From the NCBI GenBank assembly GCA_963781585.1, contig CAWAGQ010000004.1:224001-288000 (forward strand): a DNA stretch of 64,000 nucleotides. The letters run 5' to 3'. This document shows positions 51,001 through 58,658 of the stretch, one piece after another (positions within the stretch are counted from its first letter, which is position 1; each line of letters begins with the position of its first letter). Below the pieces are notes generated by a model. It worked only from the letters and a program-made list of their open reading frames with translations. It did not search any database and was not told where the DNA came from. Origin of the DNA: an uncultured Gemmatimonadaceae bacterium. GTDB lineage: Bacteria; Gemmatimonadota; Gemmatimonadetes; Gemmatimonadales; Gemmatimonadaceae. A program made the translations under genes and the position numbers.

Positions 51001-52371
51001 CTGGCGTTGCTCGTCGGTGATGAAGGGATTGTCGGCCAGCTCCCGCTTCAAGTCGGCGAGCGCGAGCTGCATGTCATCGACGGCGGTGGTGGTGAGCGCC
51101 GCGCGCAGCTTCTCGAATTGCTCCGCCGCCTTGTCCGCGCTCAGCTGCGTGAGCTGCGTGCGCACACCGACCGATCGGGCCTCGATGTCCGCGAAGGCCT
51201 TCGTCGTCTCCGTGGTGGGCCGCTTGATGTCCTGGAAGCGCTGGCGAAGATCGCGCATCGCGCGGTCGTAGTCGTCGAGCGATACGTTGCCCTTGGCCGC
51301 GCGCTCGGCCAGGTCGTTGAACGCGTCGGAGAGTTCGCGCGTGGCCTTCGCGGTCGCTGCCTGCTGCTCGGCCAGCGCTTTTGGATCGGCGGCCGTGATC
51401 TTGATCGCCTGACGTTCCGGCCGCTGCTGCACCCCTGGCTGCTGCACGCGGGCGACGATGTCGGCGAACTCCTCCTGCAGCGGCCGCGCCTTGTCCTCGA
51501 GCTCCTGGAGCGCCTGCTGCAGGGCGCCGAGCACGAAGATATTCCGCTGCCGGATCGCCGTATCGATCTCCGCCTTCTTGGCCGCGATCTTCTGCTCGAG
51601 GAGATCGAGGCTGTCGTCGAACTGGTTGGCCGGCGTGCCCTGACGAATGATCTGCGCGCGCGCGGTGAGGCCGGTGACATCCCCGCGGTTCTGCAGCTCG
51701 TCGAGCGCGGCCTTGGCCTTCTGCTTCGTCTCTTCGATTTCGCGGCGCGCCCGCGTGAAGAATTCGAGAATGGCCTGTCCCGCGATGGCCACGGATCCGA
51801 CGATCACGCCGCCGGAGCCGAAGGCGAAGGCGAGACTGCTCACGGTGGTGAGCAGCGTGCGTGCGGCCTGGCCACCCACCTTCCCGGTGCGGCTCATGGT
51901 TTCCGCGGCGCTGGCGATCGCGATCGCGGCGCCGGCGTATCGATCCCGAGTCACACTGGCCGCCAGTCCCTGCGCCTTGAATCCCTCGACCGCAGCGAGG
52001 CCCGCCGTGCGTTGGGCGCCGAGCGCCGGCACCAACCCGGCCGTGGCGCGCTCGATTCCGGCCGTCGCACGCGCGGCCTGCGTCTCGATCCGGATCCGCT
52101 CATCGAGCGTGAGGTTCCCCGCCTGCAGCGCCTTCTGCAGCTGCCCCTCCGCGGCCACGAGCTGCTTGAGCGATTGGGCGCGGGTGCCCTCGAGCTCCGC
52201 GCCGGCCGACAGCCGCGTGATCCGGTTCGCGATCGCGTCGATACCGGCGGCCGATTGCTTGGCCGAGACCTCGATCGAGCGGAAGGCGGTGCTCGCCTTC
52301 GCGGAGAGCTGCTCCAGCGCGCGGCTATCGGCGACCACCTCGACCATGAGCTTCTGCGGGATAGTTGCCAT
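48094..52371 (-). CDS. Phage tail tape-measure-like protein (1425 aa)
   Basis: N-terminal LMVEVVADSRAL, Ala-rich helical/coiled-coil body, Gly-rich hydrophobic segments, internal DLTTxAG repeats, C-terminal APQITTTLNV...ELARQI. Confidence 0.8.
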   Translation of the reverse strand: MATIPQKLMVEVVADSRALEQLSAKASTAFRSIEVSAKQSAAGIDAIANRITRLSAGAELEGTRAQSLKQLVAAEGQLQKALQAGNLTLDERIRIETQAARATAGIERATAGLVPALGAQRTAGLAAVEGFKAQGLAASVTRDRYAGAAIAIASAAETMSRTGKVGGQAARTLLTTVSSLAFAFGSGGVIVGSVAIAGQAILEFFTRARREIEETKQKAKAALDELQNRGDVTGLTARAQIIRQGTPANQFDDSLDLLEQKIAAKKAEIDTAIRQRNIFVLGALQQALQELEDKARPLQEEFADIVARVQQPGVQQRPERQAIKITAADPKALAEQQAATAKATRELSDAFNDLAERAAKGNVSLDDYDRAMRDLRQRFQDIKRPTTETTKAFADIEARSVGVRTQLTQLSADKAAEQFEKLRAALTTTAVDDMQLALADLKRELADNPFITDEQRQQLEDAEQSLIDTTAAIEDANKAIAKSKDIGIELPELQRQQADLADRLAALSGKGAEFDKERLTLETAIADLGQRIAKAKQDEVDAYFEGNQQAATLGQHLGDAAKAAFGIASALLGADDAITKVLGSVVQLVDGFREISSLAKSAGGLSQLFSTGGGIVSALPGLSQILGGGIALAGTIGGLFGKSPADVEHDRILKENNERLRDLRDGLVAAIQLTTTPAKTAAIRDLSLTQTRFDVGTLGGGQGRFVTGPITTSADLLAALHAAGIGLDDLKKAAQSFGVGLSNPPLVSEFKALQAAIKTFQLEQILKSWSGALKRLDIDIKAQPEAFTGWDGELKKVTATIAAATDAAAGGSSAIQQALSGLDLTTQAGRSEAITRLAGLVDNIGQLDLSQLGNLSPDEFLQAISDIIDGIHSLENAAQLAADAFSGSLDVFAVGVKYGVLSVDEATKKAVEAFTKDFPELAAQIDFSSRDAFRKSIKPIIEGMLADGILTEAEKAQLQAIGGLSDSFDAGAAAADELASHVNDAFNNIRTGFEVLGTSVSDQITQSLANFKLPEGFASLTEGLGSFNPLDPAARDELRKRLRADYAEIAKDGITAAEQPFADGITFILSLLDRADQEAADAAQRILSRSDLTIEFDHITDPIAKFAAKVDGFKAAFPAFAHLFDGIDLTTAAGVQQADDRIRRFFDDLRAGGFQLEGLTTEQIDALVAALGTLDTAAAEAANSLQSAADALSFGLHLENITDPIEKAVRTVQALGKVTPELAAVTAGADVTTAGGRAALEQQLIALGERTTDKTTQQAILQILDAIRAIPSAVSQGVTAAAGAGTEVLSGTPQLTAIQGDRLLDYQRTLVALTRQLVEFAKQDAGLPAAPAFAPIGLPRLTLGPVQPPALPSTTTAAIAMSVGRSGSVFAPQITTTLNVRFDGVPADARGAADKVSKELARQIRKAIAEINDDDLRTLGMTARA

Positions 52372-52377
52372 CGCCGG

Positions 52378-52950
52378 TCACTCCAGCGGGAGAAGGGAGG
52401 ACTGCGCTCGATTGCCGAAGATCATCAGCAGTTTCAGATAGTCCTGGACCGCCTTGAATCGCTGGAGGGCCAGGAGCGCGGTCTCGGGCCCGATCATGGC
52501 GCCCTCGTGGAGCGCCTGGGTGGCGCGCTCAAGATCGCTGATCCCCTGGTGAATCACCCGAATGCTGGCGCCGATTACGCCCGCCAAGTCGACGAGTCGC
52601 GCCTCCTCGGCCGGCGTTCGCCCGGGCCTCGCCGCCAGCCGGCGATAGTGCTCGTTCTGTTCGAGCAGGCGCCCCCCCCCGAGCTGCGCCGAGAGCCGCA
52701 TGACCCCCTCATGCCCGAGGACGGCCCCGATGGTCTTGTCGAGTGATCGGAGCGCTGAGGCCCGCTCTGCGTCGTTGAGGGTCGCATCCTCGGGCGTCGC
52801 GGGGGCCGTGAAGACCTGCCGGATCCGGCCGAGCTCCGCGAGCATCTGATCGGCGAGCTGCTCGCGGTAGGCGAAGGCGGCCTCGGTGAACTCGCGCAGC
52901 AGCGCGGGCTCGATGCCCGGAAAGATCGGCGGCGTCCGCGGCGCGATCAT
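52378..52950 (-). CDS. Hypothetical helical protein upstream of the tape-measure-like gene
   Basis: Co-oriented, 6-nt gap to the next gene. Confidence 0.6.
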   Translation of the reverse strand: MIAPRTPPIFPGIEPALLREFTEAAFAYREQLADQMLAELGRIRQVFTAPATPEDATLNDAERASALRSLDKTIGAVLGHEGVMRLSAQLGGGRLLEQNEHYRRLAARPGRTPAEEARLVDLAGVIGASIRVIHQGISDLERATQALHEGAMIGPETALLALQRFKAVQDYLKLLMIFGNRAQSSLLPLE

Positions 52951-52988
52951 CGACCCGCGGTCGCTCGACGTCCGAGGCGCGGCCACCT

Positions 52989-53006
52989 GGTACCACGGGT
53001 GGTACC
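52989..53006. promoter_or_regulatory. Candidate integrase arm-type/accessory site (right)
   Basis: GGTACCACGGGTGGTACC, matches 35428-35445. Confidence 0.55.
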
Positions 53007-53092
53007 ACAACTTGCGCTGCGCACTGCCGCATCACGCCGCGTCATTCCTCGTTTTCCCCCGGAGCGGCACTTTCCCCCTCGGGGTCGACGCG

Positions 53093-53140
53093 ACTCATAA
53101 TGCCGGGGTCGTGGGTTCGAGTCCCACCCCTGCTATTCGG
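53093..53140 (+). repeat. attR core, 48-bp direct repeat (3' half of the tRNA)
   Basis: Identical to 35325-35372. Confidence 0.97.
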
Positions 53141-53170
53141 GAGCCGCCATCCGGTGACGGATGGCGGCTC
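53141..53170 (+). terminator. Hairpin after attR (probable original tRNA terminator)
   Basis: GAGCCGCCATCCG-gtga-CGGATGGCGGCTC; second hairpin AACCCCGCCTGG/CCAGGCGGGGTT at about 53213-53241. Confidence 0.7.
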
Positions 53171-53456
53171 CGTCCTTTCCGCCCACGTTAGGCAGCCGGA
53201 AGCGCACGCGAAAACCCCGCCTGGACTTGCCAGGCGGGGTTGGTCCTTCGTGCCCGGCGTGCGACGTCGCGGAGGCAGCCGCGGACGCCGGGGGAAAGAC
53301 CGCCGGGTCACGATGGACCGTGTGAGACCGCCGATCGACACCGGAAGATCGCAGACCTCCACCCGAGGGACGGGACCGGTGCCCGGGTCAGCGCTGTTCC
53401 TTCGACACCGCGATCGTCGCGCGGTTCCGTTCCGACCCCTTTGGCGGCTCCGGCAG

Positions 53457-54146
53457 TCACCGGTGCCGGCGAGCCCCTCGGCGCTGATGAAATAGCGGAG
53501 GCTTCCACACGCGCATGCCTCCCAGAAACGCGTTGGCATTTTCACCCCGGCGGGCATGCGGAGGCAGCCTCCGCAGTCGTCGCGCATTTCCCCCCCCGAT
53601 GACCACGTAGTCGGACACCAGCGCCTCGCGCAGCTTGGTCGCGACCCGATGCACGTGCGCCTCCCAGCGCTTCCTCCCCATCCGCTCCAGCCCGCGCTCG
53701 CCGAGGTAGTCCTCGTAGGTCTTGCCATTCTTGTATGGAAGATGCGCCAGCTCCAGAGCGTCGACGTGGCCATCGTGCACCGCGGCGATGCCGAGGCCCG
53801 TCCCAAGGCCGAGAAACAGCATGCGCCCTCCCCGATAGCTGCCGAGGGCCTGCATCGCCGCGTCGTTGAGAATGCGCACCGGCCTGCCGAACGCGCGCTC
53901 GAAGTCGAAGCGCACCCATCCCGTCCCGAGGTTGGCCGGATCCTGCAACGGGCGCCCATGTACTACCGGCCCGGGATAGCCGATGGTCACCACGTCGTAC
54001 TTCCAGTCTCCGGTTGCCTGTCTCACGTCGCGCACCATGTCGGCCGCTGTGTACCTGGGACCCGAATCGATTTTCACCGGGTTGCGGCGTCCGGTGGCGA
54101 GCACCTTGACGTGCGACCCCCCAACGTCGATGACCAGGACTCTCAT
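53457..54146 (-). CDS. ROK-family polyphosphate glucokinase-like protein
   Basis: [31 protein letters not shown] motifs. Confidence 0.88.
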   Translation of the reverse strand: MRVLVIDVGGSHVKVLATGRRNPVKIDSGPRYTAADMVRDVRQATGDWKYDVVTIGYPGPVVHGRPLQDPANLGTGWVRFDFERAFGRPVRILNDAAMQALGSYRGGRMLFLGLGTGLGIAAVHDGHVDALELAHLPYKNGKTYEDYLGERGLERMGRKRWEAHVHRVATKLREALVSDYVVIGGGNARRLRRLPPHARRGENANAFLGGMRVWKPPLFHQRRGARRHR

Positions 54147-55519
54147 CGCGGGTCGTTCCACCCGCCGACATCGGCAGTGAGGCGATCGGCTTCACCCGGT
54201 CCCCAGCTGTTCCGGTCGTACAGGATCGGTGGAGGCGACGCGGCCAGCAGCGGATCCACGATCGCCCACGCCGCTTCCACCGCGTCCTGCCTCGCGAACA
54301 GGGTCGCGTCACCTTCCATCGCATCGCCCAGCAGGCGCGCGTAGGCGTCCATCTCATCGGTCGATGGATGCCGCAGGAACGACAGCTCGAGTGCCTCCCC
54401 CGCCATCGCCTCACCGGGTCGCTTGCCGCTGGCGCCTAACGCGATTGCCACATCGGGGCCCAGCCGGAACCGGACGTAGTTTCCCATTACCGGTGCCGCT
54501 TCGTGGAACACCACCTGCGGCGGCTCGCGCAGTTCCACTAGGACTTCGGTGGCGGTGGTTGCGAGACTCTTCCCGGCACGCACGAAAAACGGCACCCCGG
54601 ACCAGCGCCAGGATTCCACACGGAGCTGCAACGCGGCATAGGTCGGCACGTTGGAGTCGGGGGCGACGCCGGGTTCATCCCGGTACCCCCGAAACTGCCC
54701 CAGGACCAGGTGCTCGGGCGAGATCGGTGGAATGCTGCGCAGAATCTTGGCCTGCTCGTCGCGGATCGCCTCGGTGTATGAACTGCTCGGTGGTTCCATG
54801 GACAGGAATCCGACCACCTGCAGCAGGTGGTTCTGGATCACATCGCGCACCACCCCCACCTCTTCGTAGAACTTGCCGCGCCCCTCCACGCCGAACCGCT
54901 CGGCCATGGTGATCTGCACGTTCTCCACATAATGCCGGTTCCAGATCGGCTCGAGGAAGGCGTTGGCGAAGCGGAAGTAGAGCAGGTTCTGCACCGCTTC
55001 CTTGCCGAGGTAGTGATCGATGCGAAAAACATCGTCCTCGGAAAACCGGCGGTGCAGGGCCGTATTCAGCTCGCGCGCCGAGGCGAGGTCGCGGCCGAAC
55101 GGCTTTTCGACCACCACCCGCGCTCCATCCGCGCAGCCCGCCGCGCACAACCCCTCGATGACGGTCTCGAACAGCGAGGGCGGGATGGCGAGGTAATGCA
55201 GGGGACGCTGCGCGGCGCCTAACGCTTCCCGGATTCGCTGGTAGGTGGCTGGGTCCCGATAGTTGCCCTGCACGTAGCGCAACGCACCCGCCAGCGTTCC
55301 GAAGGCCGGCTCCTTTACCCCGCCGCCGAACTCCGCGATGCTCGAACGGGCACGCTCCACGAGCTGCTCGCTCGTGAACGTCGAGCTGGCGACGCCGATC
55401 ACCGGAACGCTCAGCGCACCGCGCGCGGCCATCGACTGGAGCGCCGGGAAGATCTTCTTGTACGCCAGGTCGCCGGTGGCGCCGAAGAACACCAGCGCAT
55501 CGGAGCGCGCACGGCTCAT
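54143..55519 (-). CDS. zwf: Glucose-6-phosphate 1-dehydrogenase
   Basis: [29 protein letters not shown] motifs. Confidence 0.97.
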   Translation of the reverse strand: MSRARSDALVFFGATGDLAYKKIFPALQSMAARGALSVPVIGVASSTFTSEQLVERARSSIAEFGGGVKEPAFGTLAGALRYVQGNYRDPATYQRIREALGAAQRPLHYLAIPPSLFETVIEGLCAAGCADGARVVVEKPFGRDLASARELNTALHRRFSEDDVFRIDHYLGKEAVQNLLYFRFANAFLEPIWNRHYVENVQITMAERFGVEGRGKFYEEVGVVRDVIQNHLLQVVGFLSMEPPSSSYTEAIRDEQAKILRSIPPISPEHLVLGQFRGYRDEPGVAPDSNVPTYAALQLRVESWRWSGVPFFVRAGKSLATTATEVLVELREPPQVVFHEAAPVMGNYVRFRLGPDVAIALGASGKRPGEAMAGEALELSFLRHPSTDEMDAYARLLGDAMEGDATLFARQDAVEAAWAIVDPLLAASPPPILYDRNSWGPGEADRLTADVGGWNDPR

Positions 55520-56532
55520 GACGCGGGACGCTCGAGGTGACCGCCGAACGCGAACCGGAGCGCCGATAGCATCCGGTTCTGGAAATCGGCCTCGCCGCGC
55601 GACGAAAAGCGCTGGAACAGGGAGGCGGCCAGCACGTGCGCGGGAACCGACAGGTCGTTCGCGGCCGCGAGGGTCCAGCGCCCCTCTCCGGAGTCCGACA
55701 CGCGTCCGTCGAAGCGGTCCAGCGACGGATCCGCCGCCAGAGCCTGTGCCGAAAGGTCGAGCAGCCAGGAGGCCACCACACTGCCGCGCCGCCAGACTTC
55801 CGCGATCTCGGCGATGTCGAACTCGTATCGATAGAGGTCCGGATCGCGCAGCGGCGACGTCTCGGCGTCAGCCGGCCGCGGGTGGGCGCCTGCGCCGGCA
55901 TGGGCGAGGATGTTGAATCCCTCCGCGTAGGCCGCCATCAGTCCGTACTCAATGGCGTTGTGCACCATCTTCACGAAGTGGCCGGCGCCTGGGCCTCCGC
56001 AGTGCAGGTATCCCAGGTTGGCTGTGCCGCGCGCGGGCGGGCGCCCGGGAGTTTCCGGCGCCGCAGCCGCGCCCGGCGCCAGCGCCGCCAGAATCGGCTC
56101 CACTCGCCTCACCACCGTGCCATCTCCGCCAATCATGAGGCAGTAGCCGCGCTCCAGCCCCCACACTCCGCCGCTCACGCCACAGTCCAGGTAGTGAATG
56201 CCGCGGGCGCCGAGTCGCCTGGCGCGCTCGATGTCGTCGACAAAATGCGAATTCCCACCATCGACGACGATGTCGCCCTCGTCCAGATGCGACGCCAGCT
56301 CGTCCACCGCCGCGTCGACCGCCGCGGCTGGCACCATCATCCACACGAGCCGGGGACGGGAAAGCGCCTGGACGAACTTCTCGAGCGACGACGCGCCCAC
56401 GGCACCTTCGGACGCCAGTTTCCGGACAGACTCGGCGGCGCGGTCGTACACGACGCACTTGTGCCCCTGTCGCTGCAATCGCCGGACCATCGACGCCCCC
56501 ATGCGGCCGAGTCCGATCATCCCGAGCTCCAT
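55516..56532 (-). CDS. gnd: 6-phosphogluconate dehydrogenase (decarboxylating, short type)
   Basis: [37 protein letters not shown] motifs. Confidence 0.95.
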   Translation of the reverse strand: MELGMIGLGRMGASMVRRLQRQGHKCVVYDRAAESVRKLASEGAVGASSLEKFVQALSRPRLVWMMVPAAAVDAAVDELASHLDEGDIVVDGGNSHFVDDIERARRLGARGIHYLDCGVSGGVWGLERGYCLMIGGDGTVVRRVEPILAALAPGAAAAPETPGRPPARGTANLGYLHCGGPGAGHFVKMVHNAIEYGLMAAYAEGFNILAHAGAGAHPRPADAETSPLRDPDLYRYEFDIAEIAEVWRRGSVVASWLLDLSAQALAADPSLDRFDGRVSDSGEGRWTLAAANDLSVPAHVLAASLFQRFSSRGEADFQNRMLSALRFAFGGHLERPAS

Positions 56533-56748
56533 CTCCACCTCCTGTCTTTCGGAACGCGCGCGCCACGGCTATCGCGACGACCTGCCACGCCGCCAGTCGA
56601 TTCCGCGAACCCACCCCGCGCGCCGTCCACTTCCCAATCGTTAGGTGTGCCCGACGCGCGAACCTCGCATCGACCCGGGTCGCGCCGTCTGCAGTTACCT
56701 TAATACAACGCGTGCCCCGCGGTGCGGGCCGCCCGACTCAGCAGCCTC

Positions 56749-57477
56749 ATGACCGAGCAGAACGCAGAGATCGTAGTAGCGGCGGCCCCGGTGCTGGCCG
56801 ACATCTTCGCCCGACGCTGCGCCTCCCTCGCCGCCGACGCCATCGCGGCGCGCGGTGCCTTCTCGCTCTTTCTGCCGGGTGGCTCCGTGGCGCGAGCTTT
56901 TCTGCCAGCGCTGGCGGCTGCCTCCGTGCCGTGGCGGAAGGTCGACATGTTCTGGATCGACGAGCGCGCCGTGGGCGCCAGCGATCCCGACTCCAACTTC
57001 GGGCTCGTGCGGCGACTGATCGGGGGTCGCGCCGCGATTGCGGACTCGCGCCTGCACCCCATGCATGGGGAGGCCGACGATCTCGACGCCGAAGCCGACG
57101 CGTATGCGCGGGAGCTCGAGGAGACGCTCGGCCGTCCTCCGCAGGCGGATCTCGTGCTGCTCGGCGTCGGCGAGGACGGGCACGTGTGCTCGCTCTTTCC
57201 CGGCGCGCCCGCGCTGCAGGAACGGACGCGCTGGGTTGTGGCGGTCACCGATGCCCCCAAGCCGCCGCCGCGCCGGCTAACGATCACCGTGCCGGTGCTG
57301 GAGGCTGCGCGCGCCGTCTGCGTCGCCGCCTTTGGAGGGGCCAAGGCCGGTCCCATCGCCGCTGCCATTCGCGGGCACTATCCGTCGTTGCCCCTGACGC
57401 GCGCCCTGCGCGGGGCGGGCGCAACGTGCGTGTTGCTCGACGATGAGGCGGCATCGGGGCTCGCAGCGCGGGCGTGA
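56749..57477 (+). CDS. pgl: 6-phosphogluconolactonase
   Basis: GGS, DERAV...DSN, LGVGEDGHVCSLFP, PKPPPRRLT motifs. Confidence 0.92.
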   Translation: MTEQNAEIVVAAAPVLADIFARRCASLAADAIAARGAFSLFLPGGSVARAFLPALAAASVPWRKVDMFWIDERAVGASDPDSNFGLVRRLIGGRAAIADSRLHPMHGEADDLDAEADAYARELEETLGRPPQADLVLLGVGEDGHVCSLFPGAPALQERTRWVVAVTDAPKPPPRRLTITVPVLEAARAVCVAAFGGAKAGPIAAAIRGHYPSLPLTRALRGAGATCVLLDDEAASGLAARA

Positions 57478-57807
57478 TCCTGTAGCCACGTACATACCAC
57501 GGGCCGGTCTGGTTCGCGATCCAGAAGTCGCTGCCGGCGAATCGCTTCAGCCAGCCCGAGGGTCATCAACCGGGGCGGTCACGACGGGCGACCAGGGGAA
57601 TCCGCCTACGGCCCGCCGGAGCCGCAAGGGGCCAGCAATTCCCCCAAGTTGTCCCTCACCGCACCGTCGATCGGGAGACGGAAAGGACCGCTCGATCGTC
57701 AACCTTGCTGTCGCGACCCCCTTCCCATGCCGGGGGCGGCGGGTGTAAACATCTTCTCTCCACAAGCGGGCCCGTCGGTGGACGCCCCACCCCATTCCTC
57801 TCTCCGT

Positions 57808-58324
57808 ATGCCACAGCAGAATCGACACGCATCGAAGAACGGCGCGCCATCCGGCGACGTGGAGGCACCTGATCCGCGCGCCACGGCCGATCGTCTGTTT
57901 CGGACCGCGACCGAGTCGGTCCGTCAGCGAGAGCGGTACGCGCGTCTGGTGGAGAGCGGGGCGGACGAGCGGGAACAGGGCGCCGCACTCCGCGTCGCCT
58001 GCCTCTGCGACGAGATCCTGCTCGAAGAGTGTGCGCGCTTACGAGAAGCTGGCGGTCCTGAATGCAGCGCAACCGCGCGATCCGTGGTGGCACCACGCGA
58101 ATTCGCTGTGGCACGCCTGCCGGGAATACGAGCGCCGGCACCACAACTGTGAGGAGAGCGCGCGTCGGGTGAGCTCGCGCCGGGCGGAGAGGTTCGGCGA
58201 GCTGGCGCTCGAATTCGATCTGGAGGCTTCCGCGCTCCTGGCGTTGAAGCTCTCCCTGACAGGCTACCACAAGACCGCTCCCTACGCCGCATTGCCGGAG
58301 CGGCCGCCGACCTTCGTCGCCTAA
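57808..58324 (+). pseudogene. Hypothetical protein split by an apparent frameshift near 58030
   Basis: MPQQNRH...CDEILLEE continues in another frame as VRAYEK...WWHHANSLWHACREY. Confidence 0.6.
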
Positions 58325-58658
58325 CGCGACGTCCGACGGTGGGCGTCCCGCGCCAGGCGTGGGGCCGTTCGACGCTCGTCAGTCGCCGCTCCGTCATCAC
58401 CCGCATCGCTCGGATGCGTGGGCTCGACCCTGTCGCTGGATCCCCGCCCGCGGGCGCTCGCTCCGCCGTCGGGGACCGGACGCGCGCCGGACGTCGTTTC
58501 GCAGCGTCCCCGGCCGGCTGACCCGTCACGGACTACGCTTCGGCTCGACCGGACAGCGCTGGCATGTTGCGCACCGTACGTACTCCTGTGGATCTTCGCG
58601 GTAGAGCGCGAAGCGCGCGAAATCGGCAGCGCGGCGAAACGAATCCGCGGAGCGGCGG

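Larger units (their letters stand above)
35325..53140. mobile_element. tRNA-Met-integrated PICI-like phage satellite / integrative element (17.8 kb)
   Basis: att repeats, integrase, Xis-like, Nu1-like, helicase, repressor and tape-measure-like genes; no capsid, portal or TerL recognised. Confidence 0.88.

Noticed and set aside
35325..53140. Complete prophage or conjugative element
   Set aside because: No recognisable capsid, portal, large terminase, tail tube, lysis, relaxase or T4SS genes
53093..53140. Third tRNA gene
   Set aside because: Only the 3' half from the anticodon loop onward is present; it is attR
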